From Hyphomicrobiales bacterium (GTDB taxonomy: Bacteria; Pseudomonadota; Alphaproteobacteria; Rhizobiales; Aestuariivirgaceae), in contig JAYVKC010000002.1 in assembly GCA_043768765.1 (NCBI GenBank), forward strand, positions 18,206 through 82,205: 64,000 nucleotides of DNA, written 5' to 3'. The position numbers were made by a program, and so were the translations under genes. A model generated the notes under the pieces. The model was not told where the DNA came from. It ran no database searches and saw only the letters and a list, made by a program, of their open reading frames with translations. This document shows, piece by piece, positions 31,115 through 41,344 of this stretch (positions are counted from its first letter, which is position 1; the number at the start of each line of letters is the position of its first letter).

Positions 31115-32887
31115 TTACGGCGCAGGCTTTTCCTTCGGCCCCAACGCATTGCCGAGAATGGCAGCTGCGCCTTCCAATCCCGAGCCATTAACCACTGTGT
31201 TCGGCACCAACTTGCCGATAATGGCGACCAGTTCCGGCTTGCGTTCCAGCGAACTCAGCACCTTTTCAAGCGCCTGCAACATCGCCACCCGGTCTTGACC
31301 CAGAACACTTGCCTGGGCCGATTGGCCCTTGGCGATTTCTTCCAGATACTGCCGTTCGGCCCGGCCCAATGCCGCGCGTTCCTGTTCCCGTTGATTGGCC
31401 ACCTGCACGGCGATTTGCGATTCAACCAGTCGTGGCTGTTCGTTGGCCGTTGAGCGCGCCTGTTCGGTTTCGATGCGCTGCGTCTGCGCTTCCGTTTCGC
31501 GCTTGTAGGCCTCGCCCAACTGGTCGGCGAGTTGCTGGCGCAACCTTGCGATCAGGATTTCCGGCGGAATGGCAGGTTCACCCAGACGGATTTCCTTGAT
31601 TTCAACACCCGCCTTGCGTGCTTCAATCTTGATTTGCGCCTCGATTGTATCTTCAATGGCTTCGCGGTTCTCGATCAGGTCAAGCACCCGTGTCGGACGC
31701 AACTCGTATGTCACCGTGCCATCCGCTGCTTTTTTTGGCAGCCGAATGGAGGAACCGGCGACGTTGCGCACGATGGATCTAATGAGCGGTGTGAGAATGC
31801 GGTGTTCAATTTCCTGGATGCCGCCAACCGAGCCCGCCACAATAGGCGCGTTCTCTGGCGATATCTGTGCAACAACGCGCAACTCCTGTGGAATGTCCCA
31901 TCCTTCAACCTTGACAAACACGGCACGATCAACGGCTGAACTGGGCATCTCTTCTTCAACGGTGCGTTCGGTCTGCTTGAGATTGCCCTGCTGGTCGATG
32001 GAGAGATCGATGATGCGGCGGCGGTAGCCACCCTTGTATTCCCACGTCTGCACCCGCGTATCGACCAGCGTCACGTCAAAGGCCTGCTTGTTGAGATAAT
32101 AAGCACCCGGAAGCAGCGGCTCTTTCCACAAACCGCTACAGCCCTTTGGCACCAGCGGCACCGACAATGCATCGGCGTCATGCTGTGCCGCACTCACCCG
32201 CACGGTTTCTTCCTTGCAGTTGAGCCCTGGCGTCAACACGTTGGATTTGACCACTCCAACTTGTCCCGTAGGAATCACGGTGGCTGCCGTATTGCTGTCG
32301 ACTTTTACGTCAAACAGGTAGCGGTTGATGCGGTAGGCACCGGGCTTCAACACGGTTTCCTGCGGACCCCGGTAGCCGCCTTGCGTCAAAAACGTTTCCG
32401 CGTCAAACATCGAACTGAGCTTGTCGTCGGAAATGACCGGTGCCATGAACATGCCGTCCGGCATGGGTTGGCCATCCAGTGTTGTGACCTGGCCGTAATA
32501 CCCTTCCGGAATTTGAACCACGTCGAACGTCTCGACATCAAAAAGCACATTCAGCAACGGTCGGAAGTGAAACCCGGGACCAAGAATTTCGGCTTGCGGA
32601 CCTTTTTGTCCCGGCAACGCGATAATGCGTCCCGGTGGCAAATCTGCCGCCATGTAAATGCGTTTCAAGTGACCAACTTTGTCAGCACTGATCAGCACGA
32701 ATGAGGTAGATGCCAGAAAAACCAGACCCGCCAGGATCATCAGCACACCCGTGGCGCGTCCGCGAAGCGCCGCTGCGATGGCATTCTGTGGCGTCCATTG
32801 CCCGGGATTCGCAACTGGTGCAGCCCGCCGCAACAAGAACTGTGCGCCGACAACAATCAGAATAATGCCGATGACAACAGGAAACAT
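31115..32887 (-). CDS. SPFH (band 7) domain flotillin-like membrane protein
   Basis: 590 aa. N-terminal TM helix, two hydrophobic segments, SPFH domain, then long Gln/Glu/Arg-rich coiled coil (ETEAQTQRIETEQARSTANEQ...). Confidence 0.7.
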   Translation of the reverse strand: MFPVVIGIILIVVGAQFLLRRAAPVANPGQWTPQNAIAAALRGRATGVLMILAGLVFLASTSFVLISADKVGHLKRIYMAADLPPGRIIALPGQKGPQAEILGPGFHFRPLLNVLFDVETFDVVQIPEGYYGQVTTLDGQPMPDGMFMAPVISDDKLSSMFDAETFLTQGGYRGPQETVLKPGAYRINRYLFDVKVDSNTAATVIPTGQVGVVKSNVLTPGLNCKEETVRVSAAQHDADALSVPLVPKGCSGLWKEPLLPGAYYLNKQAFDVTLVDTRVQTWEYKGGYRRRIIDLSIDQQGNLKQTERTVEEEMPSSAVDRAVFVKVEGWDIPQELRVVAQISPENAPIVAGSVGGIQEIEHRILTPLIRSIVRNVAGSSIRLPKKAADGTVTYELRPTRVLDLIENREAIEDTIEAQIKIEARKAGVEIKEIRLGEPAIPPEILIARLRQQLADQLGEAYKRETEAQTQRIETEQARSTANEQPRLVESQIAVQVANQREQERAALGRAERQYLEEIAKGQSAQASVLGQDRVAMLQALEKVLSSLERKPELVAIIGKLVPNTVVNGSGLEGAAAILGNALGPKEKPAP

Positions 32888-33008
32888 TTCGCCCTCCCAA
32901 ACGCAGCCCCGGACCTACACCCAGGGCAGTCAGCTCAACATCAGGTTACGCCGGGGACCTTACGGCAAAATTCGATGCCATGGCTACTTTTTTGAGATTT
33001 GACACGTA

Positions 33009-34148
33009 TTAGAATGCGTGCGCACCGCCAAATTCGAGATTGAGCCGCACGCTCAGCACATGGGCTTTGATGTCTTCTTCATCAACCACATAGGTGTAGG
33101 CGGCACCAACAGTCCATGATGAATTGGGCAATCCCAATTCGCTTTCCGGCGCATACAGCACCGACAACTCCGCCAGTGTCGCTGAAGTGTTTGCACCTTC
33201 CACAAAATTTACCTGCCGCGACAATGCCGCTGTCGCCGAAATGTCTTCGACGATATAGGTCGCCATGCCGGTGGCAATCATGGCATTGTCCGGATTGCTG
33301 CCAATATTTTCAATGAACGCCGCTTCACCCAAGAGTCTCAGTTTGGCGTCACCCATATCGAAATTGCCCTGAGCTGCGGCAAGGAAAGCCAATTCATCCT
33401 TGGGGGCGATGTCTTCGTCAGCCTGCTCTTCGGTCTGCACACCATGCTTTTGGTAACGTGCGCCCAGCCTGTAACCGAAATCGCCATCTTCGTGACACTC
33501 GCCAACATCGGCACCCAGGCACCCATCAAGCACCAATGAGACCGAGGAAAGACCCGATGTATTGCCAGCTCCGCCATCGCCCAGCCGTGGAACGTCGCGT
33601 TTTGTAAAATGGGACTTTGCCAGAAAACTGCGATCCACCGTAAACAGACTGCCCGTCAGAACCTGGGCATGGCCCAAGCCGTCGAAAGCCAGTGCTGCCT
33701 CCACTCCCAGGCTTTCATCCATGTCGACATTGCCAGCGAGGTCAGAGGCGTTGATGCCGTCGCCCTGGTCCGACGCAAGACTGAACACGGGAGCGAATTT
33801 TCCGGCCTTCAATGTCAGAGGTTCAAAGGCTATTTCAGCATAGAGCTCGCTTTGATAAGCGCCAATGTTTTCAAAGGTGGAGGACCTGCCATCTTCGGGG
33901 TCAACGACCTGTTCAATGTTGGTGACGGAGACGAACTTGAGGCCATCAACCGGCTGCAAAAATGACTCGATGCCGATTTCCGGCTGCAGAGAATTTTGTT
34001 CCAGCGCGCTGGGCCTGGCCGCAAAAACCCAATCCTCCACCAGACCAAGCGAAACGGTGGTTCCCATGCAGGGAGCTTCGCAATCTTCTGCCACCGCCTG
34101 CGCCGTTGTTGCCATCAAGACAATCGCCGCCACAATCATTATACGCAT
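33009..34148 (-). CDS. Outer-membrane beta-barrel protein (porin-like)
   Basis: About 379 aa from MRIMIVAAIVLMATTAQA (signal peptide). Alternating amphipathic beta-strand pattern. Terminates in ...LEFGGAHAF (C-terminal aromatic residue typical of OM beta-barrels). RBS GGGGAG. Confidence 0.55.
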   Translation of the reverse strand: MRIMIVAAIVLMATTAQAVAEDCEAPCMGTTVSLGLVEDWVFAARPSALEQNSLQPEIGIESFLQPVDGLKFVSVTNIEQVVDPEDGRSSTFENIGAYQSELYAEIAFEPLTLKAGKFAPVFSLASDQGDGINASDLAGNVDMDESLGVEAALAFDGLGHAQVLTGSLFTVDRSFLAKSHFTKRDVPRLGDGGAGNTSGLSSVSLVLDGCLGADVGECHEDGDFGYRLGARYQKHGVQTEEQADEDIAPKDELAFLAAAQGNFDMGDAKLRLLGEAAFIENIGSNPDNAMIATGMATYIVEDISATAALSRQVNFVEGANTSATLAELSVLYAPESELGLPNSSWTVGAAYTYVVDEEDIKAHVLSVRLNLEFGGAHAF

Positions 34149-34259
34149 GCACATCTCCCCGCCGATCCCACGCGGCACTATCCTAACCTCATTACGCGGT
34201 TGGACAATGTTTTCTTTCACGGGACCGGCAGTACCTGCCGGCCCCGTGAATTCAGTGGT

Positions 34260-34958
34260 TTAGTCGGTGCCGAACTTGACCAGTTCGACCCGGACTTTGT
34301 CGACGAGATGTTCTGACAAGGCTTGGCCACCCACATCCGGGCAGTAGTATTTGTTCTCTTTCGCATCTGCTTCCAGCGGTGTCCATTCATACACTTTGGT
34401 GCAATTCTTGAACGTGCCTGCCGCAACTTTCACCGTGAGTCCGGTTTCGAGCACCTTTGCCATGTCCTCGGCCTTGCCCTTGTAAAATTCCATGCGGTAG
34501 GAATCACCCACAACCTGTTTGCCCTTGATCCAGATACCGGGAAGCGCACCATCTTCGCCGGCAATCCATCCACCGGCGTGATCCTTGAATTTTCCGTCCA
34601 CGTAGTTGTCCACCGCTTCACCGAAATACCACACACTGCCATCCTTGTGCTGGGCCAGATAGTCGTTGGTTTCCTCAACCAGCTGTCCGTCCACAAATAC
34701 ACGGTCGTTGTAAATGAGCGTGTCGATGCCCATGATTTTGCGCGTGTCTGGACGGATGCGAATTTCGACTCGTTCCAATCCATCTTCGGTTTTGGCCTCG
34801 TACACCATCAGTTTCCCGGTGGGCAGATTGAACATGGGATTGTCAATCGCAGAAGAAAAATCTGCCGCTTCAATTTTCGGGTTGTAGGCTTCTTCGGCGT
34901 GGGCCATTTGGCTGGTTGCCAGGCATGTTGCTGCCAGCAGAACATATGCAGTTTTCAT
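34260..34958 (-). CDS. Secreted hypothetical protein (signal peptide), function unknown
   Basis: About 232 aa from MKTAYVLLAATCLATSQMAHA, then a soluble domain with no motif I recognise. Confidence 0.5.
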   Translation of the reverse strand: MKTAYVLLAATCLATSQMAHAEEAYNPKIEAADFSSAIDNPMFNLPTGKLMVYEAKTEDGLERVEIRIRPDTRKIMGIDTLIYNDRVFVDGQLVEETNDYLAQHKDGSVWYFGEAVDNYVDGKFKDHAGGWIAGEDGALPGIWIKGKQVVGDSYRMEFYKGKAEDMAKVLETGLTVKVAAGTFKNCTKVYEWTPLEADAKENKYYCPDVGGQALSEHLVDKVRVELVKFGTD

Positions 34959-35041
34959 CGAACTCTCCTGTTGCGAATGTGGAAACCTCAATGCGGGTTT
35001 CACAAGAGTCTACGGAGAACCACGCGGAAATCTTTCACCCG

Positions 35042-35731
35042 TCAGTCAAATTCCGAGACCGTCAGTGCACGGAATGTATCGGGCCCGGTTTGCGCGCCGA
35101 CGACGGCAATGTCACCTTCTTCGAGCAGGGTGTTGTCAAGCACAATCCGTGCCGCTGATACATCGACCGTCCAGACCTTGTCGGTGAAATCCTTGAGTTG
35201 GATTTTGCCATTGCCAAGGTCTTTGATGACGGTGCCACCCAAATGACCCTGCTCCGGCCTGCTCCATTCATCAAATGGCACATACGTTGAAGTGCGATAG
35301 GCGGCGAAGTTGTTGGCCAGATACATGTGCAAACTCCGGCCCGCATCCGTGGCATGCAGAACGGCTCCCAGCAGCACGCTTGCCAGTATCGAAACGCCGG
35401 CCAGCCGCGACGAACTGATCCGGTAACCACGTTTGGTGTGGCGCAAACCGTAGACCGCACTTACTGCAAACAAACCGGCCATCATGAGCCACAGCACCGG
35501 CAGGCCGATCAGGGTTTCGTTGTAGTGGATGTTGTCAAGCACGCGCCAGCCCGTCGCAAAGTAATCGCTGACCACAAACTGGATCATGGCAAAGTTGATT
35601 GCGCCAAGGAGAATGGAGATTATGGCAAGGGCCCAGAACACCGAGCGTTTCGCCAGAAACTGATAAGCCGGTTTCGGTGCAAGTTTTTGCGCCGCGATGG
35701 TTTCAAGGATCTTCTTTTCGAGGTCTGTCAC
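35042..35731 (-). CDS. Four-TM membrane protein translationally coupled to the ECF sigma gene (candidate non-canonical anti-sigma factor)
   Basis: 229 aa. Short cytoplasmic N-terminus, four hydrophobic helices, about 90-aa C-terminal soluble domain. Start overlaps the ECF sigma stop by 4 nt. Confidence 0.4.
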   Translation of the reverse strand: MTDLEKKILETIAAQKLAPKPAYQFLAKRSVFWALAIISILLGAINFAMIQFVVSDYFATGWRVLDNIHYNETLIGLPVLWLMMAGLFAVSAVYGLRHTKRGYRISSSRLAGVSILASVLLGAVLHATDAGRSLHMYLANNFAAYRTSTYVPFDEWSRPEQGHLGGTVIKDLGNGKIQLKDFTDKVWTVDVSAARIVLDNTLLEEGDIAVVGAQTGPDTFRALTVSEFD

Positions 35732-36300
35732 GATTGGCCCCCGGTTGAATCAAATATGTCTTTGAGCCGCTTCAGCCCGCGCTTGAGCAAGGTTGCAACT
35801 GTTCCTGGCGACAGTTTCAGGATGTCGGAAATGTCATCGTAACTCTGGTCTTCAAGATAACGCAGAACCAGCACATCCCGGTACTTCGCATCAAGTGCAT
35901 CAAGGCAAGTCCGGATATGTTCGGCTGACCGGCCTTTCCAAAACAAGGTCGCGGGATCATCGGGATCGGCGACGTGATCGAGAAAGACTTGCGCATCTTC
36001 ACCCGTGACCGTCTGGATGCCGGAATTGGATTTCCGCAGATGGCTGATCGCCTCATTGTGGGCGATCCGGTAAATCCACGGCGCAAAGGCTCGCGTCTGG
36101 TCGAAATCATTCAGGTTGAGATAGGCTTTGATGAACACCTCCTGCAGCACGTCGTCTGTGGCGCTGTTGCGCGTACCGAGAATGCGCTTCACATAACGCC
36201 GCAGCATCGCCTCATGGCGGTTGATCAGCCGTCCATAGGCGTTGGGGTCGCCCAAGGCTGCAATGACGATTTTTTGGTCGGATTCTTCTGTCATCAACAC
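35728..36300 (-). CDS. RNA polymerase ECF-type sigma-70 factor
   Basis: 190 aa. Region 2 motif FAPWIYRIAHNEAISHLRK. Region 4 DVLVLRYLEDQSYDDISDILKLSPGTVATLLKRGLKRL. Confidence 0.85.
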   Translation of the reverse strand: MLMTEESDQKIVIAALGDPNAYGRLINRHEAMLRRYVKRILGTRNSATDDVLQEVFIKAYLNLNDFDQTRAFAPWIYRIAHNEAISHLRKSNSGIQTVTGEDAQVFLDHVADPDDPATLFWKGRSAEHIRTCLDALDAKYRDVLVLRYLEDQSYDDISDILKLSPGTVATLLKRGLKRLKDIFDSTGGQS

Positions 36301-36331
36301 TCTACTATACGCTGTCCGCAGGCATTTGCTT

Positions 36332-36727
36332 TCAGCCGTTCCTGCGCCGGGTCAACTTCAAGCCAGACCAATCCGCATCAACGGCACACACCTTGATATC
36401 AACCAGGCCGATGGACAGTGCCATCGCCCGAATATCATCTTCGCTCAGTCCTTTTGACAATGGCGAGGTTTTCTTGGGCCAAGACACCCACAACATGATG
36501 GCGGGCGGCAGGTGTTTTGACAGGGTGGTGATGTCTTTCAGGTCTTGTTTTTCGATGATGAAAAGATGGATGGCATCAGAATCCTTTGCAGCTTTAACCA
36601 TCACCCAGTCATTGGGGCCGTCGATCAATTGGGAATAGTGTTTCGGTTGGTTGATCGCACACACCTTCATGCCCGGCTTGAAGCCGAGCTTTTTCCAGAG
36701 GGGGGTGCCGGAGTAGCCGGCAAGCAC
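36332..36727 (-). CDS. DUF3052 domain protein
   Basis: AGYSGTPLWKKLGFKPGMKV ... LWVSWPKKTSPL ... VDIKVCAVDADWSGLKL.RRR matches the DUF3052 pattern. Proposed GTG start at 36727 avoids the darG stop (36747). The longest ORF (to 36802) would overlap darG by 56 nt. Confidence 0.5.
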   Translation of the reverse strand: MLAGYSGTPLWKKLGFKPGMKVCAINQPKHYSQLIDGPNDWVMVKAAKDSDAIHLFIIEKQDLKDITTLSKHLPPAIMLWVSWPKKTSPLSKGLSEDDIRAMALSIGLVDIKVCAVDADWSGLKLTRRRNG

Positions 36728-36746
36728 AACCCTTGTGCCCTCGGTC

Positions 36747-37790
36747 TTAACCAGGGTTTGCAATCCAATTTTGCGTACGAAGCCGATCATAGGCAATGCC
36801 AATTTGCCGAAACGAGAAACGCTTCTTGTGATCGTTCCAGCCGTGTGTTTTTTCTACGGCCTCGCTTAACGAAACTGCACTTTCTCGGGCAGCCACCCAA
36901 TGAACAGTAGACAGCAATTCGAGTCCAAACGGCGTTTCAAAACCTTCGACGAGCGTCGCCACCCTATCAAAGTGTGAGACGGTCTCATGCTTGCCGGCCA
37001 GAAACAACTCAGCCTCCTTGAACGCGCCCGGCACGAGCTCCAGCTCCTTTTCTGGCAAATCGCCGCCATCTGCGTAGCCAGACACGAGATGACCCTCGAT
37101 TGCTTTTAGCACATGGCTCAAGTTCTTGGCATAAGGGCCATATGGCGCTTTCTCAAACTTCAGGCGAAGCGGTTCTCCTGCTTCCTGCATGAAGTACATG
37201 AGCTTGTGGATTTCGAGAAGACTGACGAACGGGTCCATCAATCCGCCGAGGTATCTGTGCATCAAGGCCACGAGTGCCGCGCGCCCAGGTGTCATGTCGG
37301 GCACGTCGCGCGCCTTGAAATTGGCTGGAGGTCCATTGGGTTCGTAGATGACGACTCGCAGGTCATCGACACCGCGCAATGCGGCCTCAATCCGTGGCCG
37401 CACTTCGGACCAATCAAGACCGCCCAGTCCGCTGCCGAGCGGCGGGATGGCAATTGAATTGATGCCACGCTCACGGATTTCTTCCGACAAGGCACGAAGG
37501 CCGGAGTCAATATCCTCCATCCTGCTCTTGCCGCGCCAGTGGCGCTTCGTTGGAAAGTTGATGATGAACTTCGGGTTCGTCAGGGTGGCAGTTTCGTAAA
37601 CAAACATCCGGCCCGGTTGCACTTCGTCCCGGCGGCAAGCGGCTTCATAGGCTTTGAAATTGGCAGGGAACCTTTCCTTGAATTGCAATGCAACGCCACG
37701 GCCCATGATGCCGACGCAATTCACCGTGTTGACGAGGGCTTCGACATCCGCCGTCAGCAAGTCTCCCTTGGTGAATTCAATCATGCTCAT
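36747..37790 (-). CDS. darG: DarG antitoxin (macrodomain ADP-ribosyl-DNA hydrolase with C-terminal DarT-binding domain)
   Basis: 347 aa. N-terminal macrodomain FTKGDLLTADVEALVNTVNCVGIMGRGVALQFKERFP, then about 190-aa C-terminal domain. 6 nt downstream of darT. Confidence 0.75.
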   Translation of the reverse strand: MSMIEFTKGDLLTADVEALVNTVNCVGIMGRGVALQFKERFPANFKAYEAACRRDEVQPGRMFVYETATLTNPKFIINFPTKRHWRGKSRMEDIDSGLRALSEEIRERGINSIAIPPLGSGLGGLDWSEVRPRIEAALRGVDDLRVVIYEPNGPPANFKARDVPDMTPGRAALVALMHRYLGGLMDPFVSLLEIHKLMYFMQEAGEPLRLKFEKAPYGPYAKNLSHVLKAIEGHLVSGYADGGDLPEKELELVPGAFKEAELFLAGKHETVSHFDRVATLVEGFETPFGLELLSTVHWVAARESAVSLSEAVEKTHGWNDHKKRFSFRQIGIAYDRLRTQNWIANPG

Positions 37791-37796
37791 CCTCCC

Positions 37797-38456
37797 TCAA
37801 TAGTACCAGTGATTGCACTTTTCGACCACTGGCTTGTGCGACGCACCCTTCAGGGCATCTGTTATCTTTGCAAGCACTCCGCTTGGGGGTGAAAAAGGTT
37901 GGTCGAGATATCCAATCCGTTCAATCATGCGCCAGGGAAACGCTTTTTGCAGCAAGAATTCCGACTGCTTGGCTTCCTTCACCGCTGCTGCGCGAAAGTC
38001 TGTTGCGGCAACAAAGTCCCAGTTTATTTCGCCGAGCTGCTCAATGCCAGTGCGGAACCGCGCGTAAACGGCACCAGCGTTCGACAATGAAACCGCCCAT
38101 TGATGGCCGTTCGCTTCCGCCCATTGGACGACCTGATGCAAGTCAGCTTCCAAATGAACGATGGGCTTTTGCCCGCCTTTGTATTTCAATGCAGCGTCAT
38201 TAGCGCAGTGAATGACATAAAGCATGATTGAACGCGGACACAGATAGAACGGCACATAATCGCCAACGAAAGTACCTGCATGGCAGTCAACAGGCAATGT
38301 GAGCCGTCGTTGTTTGATGCTCTCCATGCCGATCACCGCTCCACCCTGTCGCTGCGTCATCACAGAATCCGGCAGCAACCCGCCCTCACCCACAATCGAT
38401 GCAAGGTTATCGACATGGACAATGTGGTAGATTTTGGGTTGGGCGGGAACGGACAT
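37797..38456 (-). CDS. darT: DarT toxin (DUF4433 DNA ADP-ribosyltransferase)
   Basis: 219 aa. KIYHIVHVDNLASIVGEGGLL N-terminus, GDYVPFYLCPRSIMLY ARTT-like motif and SEFLLQKAFPW region match DarT family hallmarks. Confidence 0.75.
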   Translation of the reverse strand: MSVPAQPKIYHIVHVDNLASIVGEGGLLPDSVMTQRQGGAVIGMESIKQRRLTLPVDCHAGTFVGDYVPFYLCPRSIMLYVIHCANDAALKYKGGQKPIVHLEADLHQVVQWAEANGHQWAVSLSNAGAVYARFRTGIEQLGEINWDFVAATDFRAAAVKEAKQSEFLLQKAFPWRMIERIGYLDQPFSPPSGVLAKITDALKGASHKPVVEKCNHWYY

Positions 38457-38490
38457 TGTGGGCGTAGGATCAATCCATTCGCTTCACAAA

Positions 38491-39099
38491 TCAATGCATT
38501 TGGGCCTTTGTCACCCGTCTCAGCGTCAGATTAATCCGCCCGCCATCGTTCAACAAACTCGATGTCCCGCTGATCACCCGGTCAACGCCGTGATAGCACA
38601 GCCGTGCGTCGCCGCCCATCACCAGCACGTCGCCGGAGTGCAGTTTGATCGTTGACGTTTTCCCGCCGCGTTCCGTACCGCCAATGCGGAACACGGCGGT
38701 GTCGCCCAACGAAATCGAAACCACGGGAGCGGAAAAATCCTCTTCGTCCTTGTCCTGGTGCAGACCCATTTTGGTGCCTGCGGCGTAAAAATTGACGAGG
38801 CAGGCTTCCGGTTCATGCGCGTAGTTCGCAACTTTGCGCCAAAGGTCCAAAACCATGGCAGGAATTGCCGGCCATGGTTTTGCCGTTTCGGGGTGGCGCT
38901 CTTGATATCGGTATCCCGCCCGGTCCGATACCCAACCCAGCGAACCCAGATTGGTCATCTTCACACTGAAGGGTCGCCCGGTGCGCGGCATGATGGGTTG
39001 AAAAAGGGGAGCATCGGCGACCGCAGCCCGCAGCTTCGTCAACAACGCCTCCTGCTCCGCCCGATCCAGCAAACCCGAAAAGTGTCTCAGTCCATTCAT
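38491..39099 (-). CDS. alkB: Alpha-ketoglutarate/Fe(II)-dependent dioxygenase AlkB (oxidative DNA/RNA dealkylase)
   Basis: About 203 aa from MNGLRHFSGLL. 2OG-Fe(II) oxygenase motifs LHQDKDE ... HGV ... R.NLTLRR. 34 nt upstream of darT on the same strand. Confidence 0.8.
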   Translation of the reverse strand: MNGLRHFSGLLDRAEQEALLTKLRAAVADAPLFQPIMPRTGRPFSVKMTNLGSLGWVSDRAGYRYQERHPETAKPWPAIPAMVLDLWRKVANYAHEPEACLVNFYAAGTKMGLHQDKDEEDFSAPVVSISLGDTAVFRIGGTERGGKTSTIKLHSGDVLVMGGDARLCYHGVDRVISGTSSLLNDGGRINLTLRRVTKAQMH

Positions 39100-39121
39100 G
39101 CACAATTTCCCATCACGAATC

Positions 39122-39150
39122 CTTGAACGCCCGCAACCACCCCCCTATAT
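39122..39150 (+). promoter_or_regulatory. Sigma-32 (RpoH)-type heat-shock promoter of dnaK
   Basis: CTTGAA-N13-CCCCCTATAT matches the alphaproteobacterial RpoH consensus CTTGAA-N13/14-CCCCATnT. About 130 nt upstream of the dnaK ATG. Confidence 0.6.
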
Positions 39151-39282
39151 ACGCCCCGAACCAACACGAACATTGGGGTTGCGGGGCTTCAATCCCCCCG
39201 AAATCCCCAAGAATTTCAATCGGAGACGGCGAACTGGCAGTGCCTTGAGGGGCTGCACCCGCTGTCTGCCACAGGAGGTATT

Positions 39283-41217
<1,935 letters not shown>

Positions 41218-41259
41218 ACTGAAACGTGATGCCCGTTTTCGAGAACTATCAATCCCTCA

Positions 41260-41291
41260 ACCGTCATTCCCGCGAAAGCGGGGGTGACGGT
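41260..41291. repeat. Palindromic repeat unit (CCGTCATTCCCGCGAAAGCGGGGGTGACGG) in the dnaK-dnaJ spacer
   Basis: 14-bp stem with GAAA tetraloop. The same arm sequence occurs as an inverted pair at 52552-52636. Confidence 0.6.
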
Positions 41292-41344
41292 TGGTTGGGA
41301 ATGGCGGTGCAATTTTCAGCAAAGACCGATAAGACCTGAAATCC

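Noticed and set aside
36300-36400. ECF autoregulatory promoter (GGAAC-N16/17-CGT) upstream of the sigma gene
   Set aside because: A GGAAC is present, but the spacing to any CGT-containing -10 is 26 nt, outside the consensus. Not called.
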